From an uncultured Acetobacteraceae bacterium (GTDB lineage Bacteria; Pseudomonadota; Alphaproteobacteria; Acetobacterales; Acetobacteraceae), in contig CALTUD010000004.1 in assembly GCA_943912335.1 (NCBI GenBank), forward strand, positions 74,115 to 138,114: a DNA stretch of 64,000 nucleotides. The letters run 5' to 3'. The notes below the pieces were generated by a model. It searched no databases. It was not told where the DNA came from and was given only the letters and a program-made list of their open reading frames with translations. How positions within the stretch are numbered: position 1 is the stretch's first letter; every line of letters starts with the position of its first letter. The translations under genes and the position numbers were made by a program. Below, piece after piece: positions 30,709 through 41,789 of the stretch.

Positions 30709-31955
30709 CCGACTATCCGGACCGCATCGCGGCCGCGATCTCCGCTCTTCGCGCGGGCCGCATGGTGATCATGACCGATGACGAGGGGCGCGAGAACGAA
30801 GGCGACGTCGTGATGGCGGCGCAGCACGTCACCGCCGACGCCATCAACTTCATGGTGACGCATTGCCGCGGCCTCGTTTGTCTGGCGCTGGAGCCGGAGC
30901 AGGTGGACCGTCTTGGCCTGCCGCAGATGGTGCGCGACAATCGCGCCCCGCGTTCGACCGGCTTCACCGTGTCGATCGAGGCCGCCACCGGGGTCGAGAC
31001 CGGCATCTCCGCACGCGACCGCGCCCGCACCATCGAGGCCGCCGCATCGCCGCATGCGGTGCCGGCCGATATCGTGTCCCCGGGGCATATCTTCCCGCTG
31101 CGCTGCGTGCCCGGCGGCGTTCTAGCCCGCGACGGACATACCGAAGGGTCGGTGGATCTGCTGAAGCTGGCAGGGCTTTTGCCGTCCGCGGTGATCTGCG
31201 AGATCATGAGCGCCGACGGCAGCATGGCGCGCATGGCGGAGCTGGAAGAGTTCGGCGCCAGGCACGATCTGCCGATCGTCACCATTGCCGAACTGATCTC
31301 CTATCTGCGGGATCGGGAAACCGACTCGCCGACCGTGCAGCGCGGCGCCACCACGACGCTGCCGGTGGCGAACAGCGACACCGTGTTCGAGATGCGCGCT
31401 TATGTGGACCGCAATGGCGGCGAACATCTGGCGTTGATCAAGGGCGATCCGTCCGTGGCCGGAACACTGCCGCTGGTGCGTCTGCATTCCGAATGCGTGA
31501 CGGGCGACGTGTTCGGTTCTCTTCGTTGCGATTGCGGCACGCAGCTCCAGGCGGCGACGCAGCGCATCGCGCAGGCCGAGAACGGCATTCTGCTCTATCT
31601 GCGCGGGCATGAAGGCCGCGGCATCGGGCTCGCGAACAAGGTGCGGGCCTATGCCTTGCAGGATGAAGGGCTCGATACGGTGGAAGCGAATCATCGTCTG
31701 GGTTTCGCGGCTGATGCGCGCGACTACTCCGTGGCCGCCGCGATCCTGCGCGATTGCGGCGTCGGGCGTCTGGCGCTGCTGACCAACAACCCGGCCAAGA
31801 TCGCTGCCCTGGAAGGGCATGGCATCACCGTGGCGGAACGCGTGTCGTTGGAGATGCCGCATACCGCGCATAACGACCGCTACATGCGCACCAAGCGCGA
31901 CAGGATGGGCCATGTGCTGGCTGGCGACGAAACCGCCGGGCGCGCTGCGGAATAA
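30705..31955 (+). CDS. ribBA: Bifunctional 3,4-dihydroxy-2-butanone-4-phosphate synthase / GTP cyclohydrolase II
   Basis: DHBP synthase motifs (DDEGRENEGD) and GCH-II Cys cluster (CVTGDVFGSLRCDCG). ATGA overlap with ribE. Confidence 0.9.
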   Translation: MTDYPDRIAAAISALRAGRMVIMTDDEGRENEGDVVMAAQHVTADAINFMVTHCRGLVCLALEPEQVDRLGLPQMVRDNRAPRSTGFTVSIEAATGVETGISARDRARTIEAAASPHAVPADIVSPGHIFPLRCVPGGVLARDGHTEGSVDLLKLAGLLPSAVICEIMSADGSMARMAELEEFGARHDLPIVTIAELISYLRDRETDSPTVQRGATTTLPVANSDTVFEMRAYVDRNGGEHLALIKGDPSVAGTLPLVRLHSECVTGDVFGSLRCDCGTQLQAATQRIAQAENGILLYLRGHEGRGIGLANKVRAYALQDEGLDTVEANHRLGFAADARDYSVAAAILRDCGVGRLALLTNNPAKIAALEGHGITVAERVSLEMPHTAHNDRYMRTKRDRMGHVLAGDETAGRAAE

Positions 31956-31965
31956 GGACGAATCG

Positions 31966-32454
31966 ATGAGCACCAACACGCCCCGCACGAAGCCCGATCT
32001 CCGCTTCGCAACGCCACCGCGTCTCGCCATCGTGGTGAGCCGTTTCAACGAGGACGTCACCGACGGCCTGCGCCGCGGGGCGATCGAATGGCTGGGCGAG
32101 CACGACATCGCCGTGCGCGACGAGGATGTGATCGCGGCGCCCGGCGCCTACGAACTGCCGCTGATCGCGCAGTGCCTGGCCAAGACCGGGCGCTATCGCG
32201 GCGTGATCTGCCTGGGCTGCGTGGTGAAGGGCGACACGGCGCATTTCGAATTCATCAGCCTGGGGACGACGATCGGTCTGATGCAGGCGCAGCTCGCGAC
32301 CGACACGCCGATCGCATTCGGCGTCATCACCACCTACACCGACGCGCAGGCGATCTCTCGTTCGCGCGACGACGAGCACAACAAGGGCCGCGAAGCGGCA
32401 GCGGCGTGCGTGGAAACGATCGCGATCCAGGACCGGATCGCCGCAGGGGCATGA
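31966..32454 (+). CDS. ribH: 6,7-dimethyl-8-ribityllumazine synthase
   Basis: 163 aa, LAIVVSRFNEDVTDGL...GCVVKGDTAHFEF. Confidence 0.9.
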   Translation: MSTNTPRTKPDLRFATPPRLAIVVSRFNEDVTDGLRRGAIEWLGEHDIAVRDEDVIAAPGAYELPLIAQCLAKTGRYRGVICLGCVVKGDTAHFEFISLGTTIGLMQAQLATDTPIAFGVITTYTDAQAISRSRDDEHNKGREAAAACVETIAIQDRIAAGA

Positions 32455-32497
32455 AGACCAGGGCCGGAACGACGACACTCCGGCCCGTCCTCAGCGA

Positions 32498-34117
32498 CTA
32501 GACGTTTGCGCTGCCGGTCGTCCGCGCCGTCAGCGCGCCGAACAGGGCCTTGCCGTCCGGACGACCGAGCCCGGTGCAGGCGTTCCAGACCGGGCCGGCC
32601 TGATAACCGATCTGCGTGTTGGCCGGCTTGTTGTTGCCGCTGGTGATCTCGACCGTCAGCTTCCGGCCGATCTTGATCTGCCCGTAGAGAAAATCGGGCA
32701 GGAAGCCGACCGGAACCGCGGCCTTCTGGTTGATCAGCGCGGTGAGCCCGGCCCAGAGCGGCGCCACGGCGGAGGTGCCGCCGACCACTTCCTTCTTGCC
32801 TCCGACCACCACCAGGTAGCCGCTGCCAGGCGCCGCGTTGCCGGCGACGTCGGGCACGCCGCGCCCGTTGCGCCCGCCATTCACGCTGGGGGGCAGTGTC
32901 ACGGTGTTCTGGAACGCCGGAATGCCGAAAAGGTCGCTGATGCCGCCGCCGGTGCCGCCGCCGCCTTCGAGCGAATCGTTCCAGACCATTTCGGCCGAGA
33001 TCGTACTGCCGGACACGGCGATATGCGTGCCGCCGCAGCCGATCGCCCAGGGAGACGAGGCCGGAAAATCCACATGCGCCATGCCGTCATCGACGCCGTC
33101 GGTGGCGAGGCTGTCTCCGGACGCGACATAGACCGAGATGCCCATCGCCGCCGCGTCCTGCAGCGCGCTGTTCATCGCCGAAACCGCCTGCGCGCTCCAG
33201 GAACTTTCCGGGCCGCCCCAGGAGATCGAGATCACTGAGGGTTTGGTGGTGCCGTCATGCGCCGCCTGCGAGATGGCGTCGGAGAAACCGGCATCGGTGT
33301 TGGGCGCGAAATAAACCGCGATCTCCGCGCCCGGTGCGACACCGCCGGCGACCTGGATGTCGAGCGCCACTTCGCCATCCGCATCCGAGCCGGTCTTGTT
33401 GCGGGCGCCATCGACCGAAACCGCCACCACGCGCGGCGTCTTGAGGCCCATCGCCTTGAACGCGGTCTGATTGTCGGCTGCGGAATAGCCGCCGCCCAAC
33501 TCGATCAGGGCGATGGTCACACCCGTTCCGTCCACACCGGTCGGAAAATCGTAGAGCGTGGCGAGCTTGTTCGGCTCCAGCCCGCCGGGTTGCGCGGCAC
33601 GCGGACGGACGATGCGGGTATGGGCGATGGCGCGGTCGTCCAGCCCCAGCACGGATTCGACGATGCCGTGCAGCGCGTCCGGAAGATGCAGTTCGCCCGC
33701 ATGGCTGCGGAACGTTTCCGTGCCGGACTTGTAGAGTTCGAGCTTGGTGCCGAAGGCGGCCTCGATCGCACGCGGCGTGCCGGACACGCGCACCAGACGG
33801 CGGGCGGCCGAGCTTTCCAGTACGGTCAGCCCGTGCTGGTTGGCATAGTCGGTGAGCGCGCGGATATCGGGCCCGTAGAGCGTTTCGCGCGCATGTGCCA
33901 TCAGCTTGCGCCGCGCGTCGGGGTCGCCGAGCGTGTTCATCTTCGCGAACAAGGCGGTTTCGTCGCGTGGCCGGATGTTCAGGCTTGCCTCGATCACGTG
34001 CGCGTCCGGCACCGAGCCGGTGCAGACCGCATCGCGGGGCAAGGCGCGCGTGCTGCCGACGATGGGGCACAACCCTTTTCCGGGCTGAGCGGAAGCGATC
34101 TTCTGCGTGTCGGTCAT
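32498..34117 (-). CDS. S53 sedolisin/kumamolisin-like serine-carboxyl peptidase with pro-domain
   Basis: Pro-kumamolisin activation-domain-like N-terminus and catalytic region (GGTSAVAPLWAG Ser motif; DGEVALDIQ). No obvious signal peptide from the chosen ATG at 34115-34117; the upstream part of the ORF is Arg-rich frame noise. Confidence 0.75.
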   Translation of the reverse strand: MTDTQKIASAQPGKGLCPIVGSTRALPRDAVCTGSVPDAHVIEASLNIRPRDETALFAKMNTLGDPDARRKLMAHARETLYGPDIRALTDYANQHGLTVLESSAARRLVRVSGTPRAIEAAFGTKLELYKSGTETFRSHAGELHLPDALHGIVESVLGLDDRAIAHTRIVRPRAAQPGGLEPNKLATLYDFPTGVDGTGVTIALIELGGGYSAADNQTAFKAMGLKTPRVVAVSVDGARNKTGSDADGEVALDIQVAGGVAPGAEIAVYFAPNTDAGFSDAISQAAHDGTTKPSVISISWGGPESSWSAQAVSAMNSALQDAAAMGISVYVASGDSLATDGVDDGMAHVDFPASSPWAIGCGGTHIAVSGSTISAEMVWNDSLEGGGGTGGGISDLFGIPAFQNTVTLPPSVNGGRNGRGVPDVAGNAAPGSGYLVVVGGKKEVVGGTSAVAPLWAGLTALINQKAAVPVGFLPDFLYGQIKIGRKLTVEITSGNNKPANTQIGYQAGPVWNACTGLGRPDGKALFGALTARTTGSANV

Positions 34118-34713
34118 GTCTCGCCTCGACGTTCTGGATTCGTTCGATCGCCAGCATGACTGTCTCCAGCCGCCCCGTCCAGCAATCCCGGCAGCAACGC
34201 GCGGGCTGGGCGGGTGGTGCCCGGGCGTGCCGTTTCCAGCAGGATCATCCCGTCCATCAGCGCCAGAATGGTTTCCGCCGTGCCGTTGCCGCGCCAGGCG
34301 GGCAGGAGCCGGGAGTCGAGCCAGCCGATCCAGTTCTCCACCACGAAGGACGCCAACTGGTCGTAGGGCGCTTCGCCGCGTGCGCCTGCGGACACCACCT
34401 CCGTCCAGAGTCGCATCACCGGCGCCATGTCCGGTTTCTCCGATTGTTCGAGCAGGAACGTCACCAGCTTCCCGGGGGTGACGGGCGGCATGGCGTCCAC
34501 GCCACTCAGGCGCGACTGCAGGCCGGTGTTGATCCGGTGCAGCGTTTCGCGAACCAGCGCGTCCTTGCTGCCGAAATAATACAGCAGCATCCGGCCGGAG
34601 GTGCCGAGTTGCGACGCGAGACCGCGCAGGGCGAAGGCGCCCAGACCCTGGGCCAGGACGATGGGGCTGATCCGGTCGCACAGGGCGTCACGACGGTCGG
34701 GAAGGGTATCCAT
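34114..34713 (-). CDS. TetR-family transcriptional regulator
   Basis: N-terminal HTH (ISPIVLAQGLGAFALRGLASQLGTSGRMLLYYFGSKDALV). Its stop overlaps the peptidase ATG by 4 nt. Confidence 0.8.
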   Translation of the reverse strand: MDTLPDRRDALCDRISPIVLAQGLGAFALRGLASQLGTSGRMLLYYFGSKDALVRETLHRINTGLQSRLSGVDAMPPVTPGKLVTFLLEQSEKPDMAPVMRLWTEVVSAGARGEAPYDQLASFVVENWIGWLDSRLLPAWRGNGTAETILALMDGMILLETARPGTTRPARALLPGLLDGAAGDSHAGDRTNPERRGET

Positions 34714-34783
34714 GCCGATTTCTGTAGCACCCGTTACATCATCCAGGCTATGTAACGCATGTTTCATAACGGAGTCGAACGCC

Positions 34784-35170
34784 ATGCCGACGAAAACGCA
34801 GGTGCCGATGCTGGTCGGGATCGCGATCCTGTTCTGGGCCATCGCGACCGCGTCGATACGCTGGGTGCCTGGGTCGCTGACCGACCCGTTGCGTGGTTCG
34901 GTGCTGTTCGCGGTGAGTTTGCCAATCTGCTGGGGCTGCATCCGTTTCGTGCGCCGGTCGGCACGCTTGAGGCCGGAACAGATCCTGGCCGCGACGGTCC
35001 TGGTGGTCGGTGTCGCGAACCTGATCGACGCCGTCGCATTGCGCTGGGCGCCGTTTCTCTACGGTGCGGACGAGCGGGTGCTGCGCCTCGGTGCGTCCTG
35101 GCTGCTCTGGGGCTACGGCGTGACCCTGGTGATCGCGCTTGCGATGCGCCGCGGCTTGCCTGCGCGCTGA
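34784..35170 (+). CDS. Small integral-membrane protein (4 predicted TM helices), unknown function
   Basis: 128 aa, hydrophobic segments. Divergent from the TetR gene. Confidence 0.45.
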   Translation: MPTKTQVPMLVGIAILFWAIATASIRWVPGSLTDPLRGSVLFAVSLPICWGCIRFVRRSARLRPEQILAATVLVVGVANLIDAVALRWAPFLYGADERVLRLGASWLLWGYGVTLVIALAMRRGLPAR

Positions 35171-35595
35171 GAGCGGTTTCGTTCCGCGCCGTTCTCCGCG
35201 ACGATGCGGGTTTCGGCGGCTCCGGATGGCCGGGGGACACGCGCCGGGTGTGCGAGCATCAGACGGACTCGTCTGGGGGCCTATTCTTGCGTGCCGAGGC
35301 GACGATTTCGGTCGCGCATGGCGGTCTTCCCGGCGCGGTCCTCCGGGCGGCATGCCGCAGCAGCCGACGAGAAATAACGCGTGAAGACGAAGAATTTTCA
35401 CATCGATGCATCATGGCGGGTGACGCTACGGCGAGCAGGTCCGAGCGCTGTGTGAGCCGGTCCGGGCGCTCCCTGGCGGGGCTAAGACGGTTCACCGCTC
35501 GTCTGGACGATCGTGTTGATGTGTTTCAGCCTGCGCTCCTGTCGCAGCCGGCGAACAGAACCGGCGCGACACGGAGCGAAACGGAGGCGCCCGCC

Positions 35596-36792
35596 ATGCT
35601 GCATGATAAAATCGTCGTCGACCCGTCGAGAAGCGTGACGGCATACACCCACGCCGCTCTGGCGGATGTCACCCGGACGACCGGGCTTGGGGTTTCCGCC
35701 GCCCGTCACGCGGTGGAGGCTTTCGCCGCAACGCCAGCCGCGGCGCGCGAAACGACCGCCACGCCAGCCGCCGCGCATGCCTCGGCGGTTCCCGCCACGC
35801 AGGCCGCCGACTACGTCCTGGTGGCACAGGCGCAACAGGCAGCCCTTTCGCCCATCGTTTCGGAATTCCTCAACGGCGCCATCAGCGAATATGTGCTGGG
35901 CGGCGTGCCGGACGGCATGAAGCCGTTTCTGGTGAACGGACAGCAACTTACACTGTCCGACGACCTCAACGGCGCCTTCGCGCATACCTGGATCACCGCG
36001 GAACACCAGGTGCTGATCACCTTCTCCGGCACCACGCGCGGCGAGAACATCCTGGTCGATCCCGCAGCCAGCGTCGGCGGCCTGCTCAGCGATCTGACCA
36101 TTCTCCAGCAGAAGACCTCGTCTGCGCAGCTGGAGTCGCTCGGTTTCGCCAGGCAGGTTCTTGCCGAGGCGGCGAAGCAGGGCTTCGCGTCCAGTCAGGT
36201 CTTCGTCACCGGCCACTCGCTGGGCGGTATCGAGGCGGAATACGTGGCGCAGCAGACCGGCCTCGCCGGGATCGGCTTCGAGCCCACCGGCATCCGTCCG
36301 GATGCGACCGCGATCGGCACCGGCGGCAATTTCGTCAGCGTCGTCACAGATGGCGACCCGGTCGGCAATTACGGCTCCGACATCAAGGGCGAGCAGCCCT
36401 TCGCGCCCCGTTTCGTCGCGCAGGGCGGCCAGTTGCCGCATTACGGCACCGTGCTGCAGATCGGCGCCGCCTCCGATCAGGCCGCCTTGAGCAAGGTCGC
36501 CGCGCTGGTGGCGCCCGCTTTCTCCGGCGACAGCGCCACCTTCTCCCCGATCGACGCGCTGTTGCACCCGTTGAGCGTGGCGGCAGGTCTGGCCGGAGCC
36601 GCGGCCTTGATCGCGGAGTTTCATCTGCCGGCGGCGGAATACACGGATCTGGGCGTCACTCCGACCGGCGGTTTCCTGTCGCAGCTCCCGGACCGTCTCG
36701 GCGTCTCCCACGGCGCGGTGCTGCCAGTGGGCAACGACACGATCGCCCAGTTGCAGGGCTATATCGCAACACACGCCAACGTCGGCGTTTGA
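35596..36792 (+). CDS. Class-3 lipase-like alpha/beta hydrolase
   Basis: GHSLGG nucleophile elbow, about 398 aa, no signal peptide seen. Confidence 0.65.
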   Translation: MLHDKIVVDPSRSVTAYTHAALADVTRTTGLGVSAARHAVEAFAATPAAARETTATPAAAHASAVPATQAADYVLVAQAQQAALSPIVSEFLNGAISEYVLGGVPDGMKPFLVNGQQLTLSDDLNGAFAHTWITAEHQVLITFSGTTRGENILVDPAASVGGLLSDLTILQQKTSSAQLESLGFARQVLAEAAKQGFASSQVFVTGHSLGGIEAEYVAQQTGLAGIGFEPTGIRPDATAIGTGGNFVSVVTDGDPVGNYGSDIKGEQPFAPRFVAQGGQLPHYGTVLQIGAASDQAALSKVAALVAPAFSGDSATFSPIDALLHPLSVAAGLAGAAALIAEFHLPAAEYTDLGVTPTGGFLSQLPDRLGVSHGAVLPVGNDTIAQLQGYIATHANVGV

Positions 36793-36832
36793 GCGACGCG
36801 TGGGGGGAGGCGCGTCCTTCCCCCACGATCGG

Positions 36833-37471
36833 TCAGCGTTTCTGTCTGGCGGGCTGCGCCCTGTCGAACGCGTCCAGCGCCAGGGCATTCCGCTCAATCG
36901 CCAGAAGCGTCGGCGCCACGGTTAGATCGGCACCGAACACGCGCGACGCGGCCATGTGGCTGGCCAGACAGAGATCGGCGATGGTCGGCGTGTCGCCGTG
37001 GCAGAAGCGCCCGGTTTCCGCTTCCGCCGAAAGCCGGGCTTCGCCGATGCGGAGACCTTCGCCGAGCCAATGATGTAGCCAGCCGGTCTCGCCGGCCGGA
37101 TCGATGTCGAGGCGCTCGCGCAGGAAGCGCCGGACGCGCGGCACGATCAATGGATGATGGTCGGTCGCGAACAGGCCGGCGATGCCGCGTACGCGTGCCC
37201 TTCCGGCCGGATCCGAAGGCAGCAGAGGCGGTTCCGGATGGGTTTCCTCCAGATATTCCAGAATTGCCAGCGACTGGGTGAGGCGTGTGCCGTCCTCGAA
37301 CAGCACGGTCGGCACGACGCCCTGCGGGTTGAGAGCGCGGAACTCGGGTTGGTTCTGTTCGCCGCCATCGAGATCGACGAAGATTTCCCGGAACGGGAGC
37401 TGTTTGAGGTTGAGCGCAATTCGTACCCTGTAGGCGGCGGATGAGCGCCAGAAGCCGTGCATCTCGATCAT
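36833..37471 (-). CDS. maiA: Maleylacetoacetate isomerase / zeta-class glutathione S-transferase
   Basis: GST N- and C-domains with zeta-class N-terminus (LYGFWRSSAAYRVRIALNLK). Confidence 0.8.
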   Translation of the reverse strand: MIEMHGFWRSSAAYRVRIALNLKQLPFREIFVDLDGGEQNQPEFRALNPQGVVPTVLFEDGTRLTQSLAILEYLEETHPEPPLLPSDPAGRARVRGIAGLFATDHHPLIVPRVRRFLRERLDIDPAGETGWLHHWLGEGLRIGEARLSAEAETGRFCHGDTPTIADLCLASHMAASRVFGADLTVAPTLLAIERNALALDAFDRAQPARQKR

Positions 37472-37725
37472 GGTGTTTGTCTTCCTGTCGGATCAACGCA
37501 CGGACGGGAGGAAGGGTGGAACCGTGCCGGTACGCGGCCCCGACTAAAGCTTTGTTTAGAAGAACCGGCTCCTGCGCATTTTCCCGCTCGCCGCATGGAC
37601 CCGGGCGATGATGCGCCTCTCGGCATGGCCGCTCTTCGCCGGATCGCCTTGACGGAGCAGGGTGGCTCCTGAACGCTGCCGCCGAACGACCGAACGATGG
37701 CGGCCACGCCAGGGGAGATACAGGG

Positions 37726-40026
<2,301 letters not shown>

Positions 40027-40058
40027 TGTGATACGTTGACGCTACCATCTGCATGATG

Positions 40059-40096
40059 GTTTGTTTCATCCGCGAACGACAGCGGATGAAACAAAC
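40059..40096 (+). repeat. Perfect 15-bp inverted repeat (GTTTGTTTCATCCGC, 8-nt loop, GCGGATGAAACAAAC) between the maeB stop and the ssuC ATG
   Basis: Read directly. The 3' arm ends 1 nt before the ATG at 40097 and would contain the Shine-Dalgarno region. Confidence 0.6.
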
Positions 40097-40966
40097 ATGC
40101 TCGACAGGGTCTCCAGCCCGGCGGCGGTGATTGGCCGGCCTGTGTCGCGCCCGGCGCCGGTTCGGTCGGCGAGACGCAGCCCGGCGGGGGTGCGGAAGAC
40201 CGCCCGTCCGCTGCCCTTCCGCCGTTTCTGGTCCATCCTGCTGATCCTGGCGGTTTGGCAGGCGGCGTCCTCCGCAGGGCTGGTCTCGCCGGAAACCCTC
40301 GCCTCGCCGCTGCGCATTGCCCGCACCGCGTTCGACCTCACCCGCAGCGGTGTTCTGCCGCAGAATCTGCTCGTCTCCCTCGGCCGCGCCGGCAGCGGAC
40401 TGGCCATCGCCATCGGCGGCGGCATCGCTCTGGCCTTGGTCGCTGGCCTGTCGCGTATCGGCGAGGATGTGGTCGATGCGCCGATGCAGATGCTCCGCAC
40501 CCTGCCGGCTCTGGCTCTGGTGCCGCTGTTTATTCTCTGGTTCGGCATCGGCGAGACGCCCAAGATCGCCCTGGTGGCGCTGGGCGCGCTGATCCCGGTC
40601 TATCTCAATCTGTTCAAGGGCATCCGCGCGATCGACCCGAAACTGCTGGAGATGGGCCGCACGCTCGGCCTGTCCCGTTCGGCCGTGATCCGCAACATCG
40701 TCCTGCCCGGGGCATTGCCCGATCTGCTCACGGGCCTACGCTTTTCCGTCGGCATTTCCTGGCTGATGCTGGTGGTCGCCGAGCAGGTGAACGCGTCCAC
40801 GGGCATCGGCCATATGATGATGGACGCGCAGGATTTCCTCCGCACCGACATCATCTTGGTCGGGCTGCTGGTCTATGCGCTGCTCGGTCTGCTCAGCGAT
40901 CTCGCGGTGCGGATGCTGGAACGGCGCCTGCTGCGCTGGCGCCCGGTGGCGGGAGGCGTACGATGA
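40097..40966 (+). CDS. ssuC: Aliphatic sulfonate/nitrate/taurine-family ABC transporter permease
   Basis: Six-TM ABC permease with EAA-like loop. Genomic context with ssuB/ssuD/ssuA. A TTG alternative start at 40061 was not used. Confidence 0.75.
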   Translation: MLDRVSSPAAVIGRPVSRPAPVRSARRSPAGVRKTARPLPFRRFWSILLILAVWQAASSAGLVSPETLASPLRIARTAFDLTRSGVLPQNLLVSLGRAGSGLAIAIGGGIALALVAGLSRIGEDVVDAPMQMLRTLPALALVPLFILWFGIGETPKIALVALGALIPVYLNLFKGIRAIDPKLLEMGRTLGLSRSAVIRNIVLPGALPDLLTGLRFSVGISWLMLVVAEQVNASTGIGHMMMDAQDFLRTDIILVGLLVYALLGLLSDLAVRMLERRLLRWRPVAGGVR

Positions 40967-41664
40967 GCGGCGGCGTTTTCGTCGAGGGCCTCAGCCGCGC
41001 CTTCGGCGGCAATCGCGTCCTGGACGGGCTCGATCTGCAGATCCGTCCCGGCGAGTTCGTCGCCCTTTTGGGCCGCTCCGGCTCCGGCAAGACCACGCTT
41101 CTGCGCACTCTGGCCGGACTCGATCCTGTGGAGGAGGGCACCGTCTCCGTGCCGGAACAGGTCGCGGTGGTGTTCCAGGAGAGTCGACTGCTGCCGTGGA
41201 AGCGGGTGCGCGACAATGTGATGCTGGGCCTGGACGGCACGGATGCACGCGCCCGCGCCGAAGCGGCCTTGGGCGAAGTCGGTTTATCGCATCGGCTGGA
41301 CGCCTGGCCGCTTACCCTCTCGGGCGGCGAGGCTCAGCGCGTCGGCATCGCGCGCGCTCTGGTCCGTGCGCCAGAGTTTCTGATGCTGGACGAGCCCTTT
41401 GCCAGTCTCGACGCGCTCACCCGCCTACGCATGCACGCGATGGTGGAGCGCCTTTGGCGCGCCCATGGCTGCGCCGTACTGTTGGTGACGCATGATGTGG
41501 ACGAGGCGCTCACGCTCGGCGATCGCGCCGTGGTGCTGGATCGCGGCCGGATCAGAACCGTGCTGCCGTTGGAGATGGAGCGCCCACGTCGACACGACGC
41601 CGCTGATTTCGCGCGAGGGCGTCGCGTACTGCTCGACGCGCTGGACGTGGGCGAGGCGGTTTAG
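40963..41664 (+). CDS. ssuB: Aliphatic sulfonate-family ABC transporter ATP-binding protein
   Basis: Walker A GRSGSGKTTLL, signature LSGGEAQRVGIARAL, Walker B LMLDEPFASLD. ATGA overlap with ssuC. Confidence 0.85.
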   Translation: MSGGVFVEGLSRAFGGNRVLDGLDLQIRPGEFVALLGRSGSGKTTLLRTLAGLDPVEEGTVSVPEQVAVVFQESRLLPWKRVRDNVMLGLDGTDARARAEAALGEVGLSHRLDAWPLTLSGGEAQRVGIARALVRAPEFLMLDEPFASLDALTRLRMHAMVERLWRAHGCAVLLVTHDVDEALTLGDRAVVLDRGRIRTVLPLEMERPRRHDAADFARGRRVLLDALDVGEAV

Positions 41665-41786
41665 CGCCGGTCGGACCGGCGCGCGCGCACCGGAATCGCC
41701 TGCGGCCTCGGCCGCGCCGCTAGAACGAGCGGGATCATCGCCAGCAGGGCGGCGGCAACGAACGCGACCTGTTCCAACTGCTGCAT
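41661..41786 (-). CDS. Possible small (41-aa) membrane peptide ORF, stop-to-stop overlap with ssuB
   Basis: Hand translation gives MQQLEQVAFVAAALLAMIPLVLAARPRPQAIPVRARRSDRR. GGGAAG lies about 5 nt upstream of the ATG. Below the size cut-off of the ORF track, so very tentative. Confidence 0.2.
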   Translation of the reverse strand: MQQLEQVAFVAAALLAMIPLVLAARPRPQAIPVRARRSDRR

Positions 41787-41789
41787 GAT

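Noticed and set aside
35482-36897. 471-aa minus ORF
   Set aside because: Antisense to the class-3 lipase gene.
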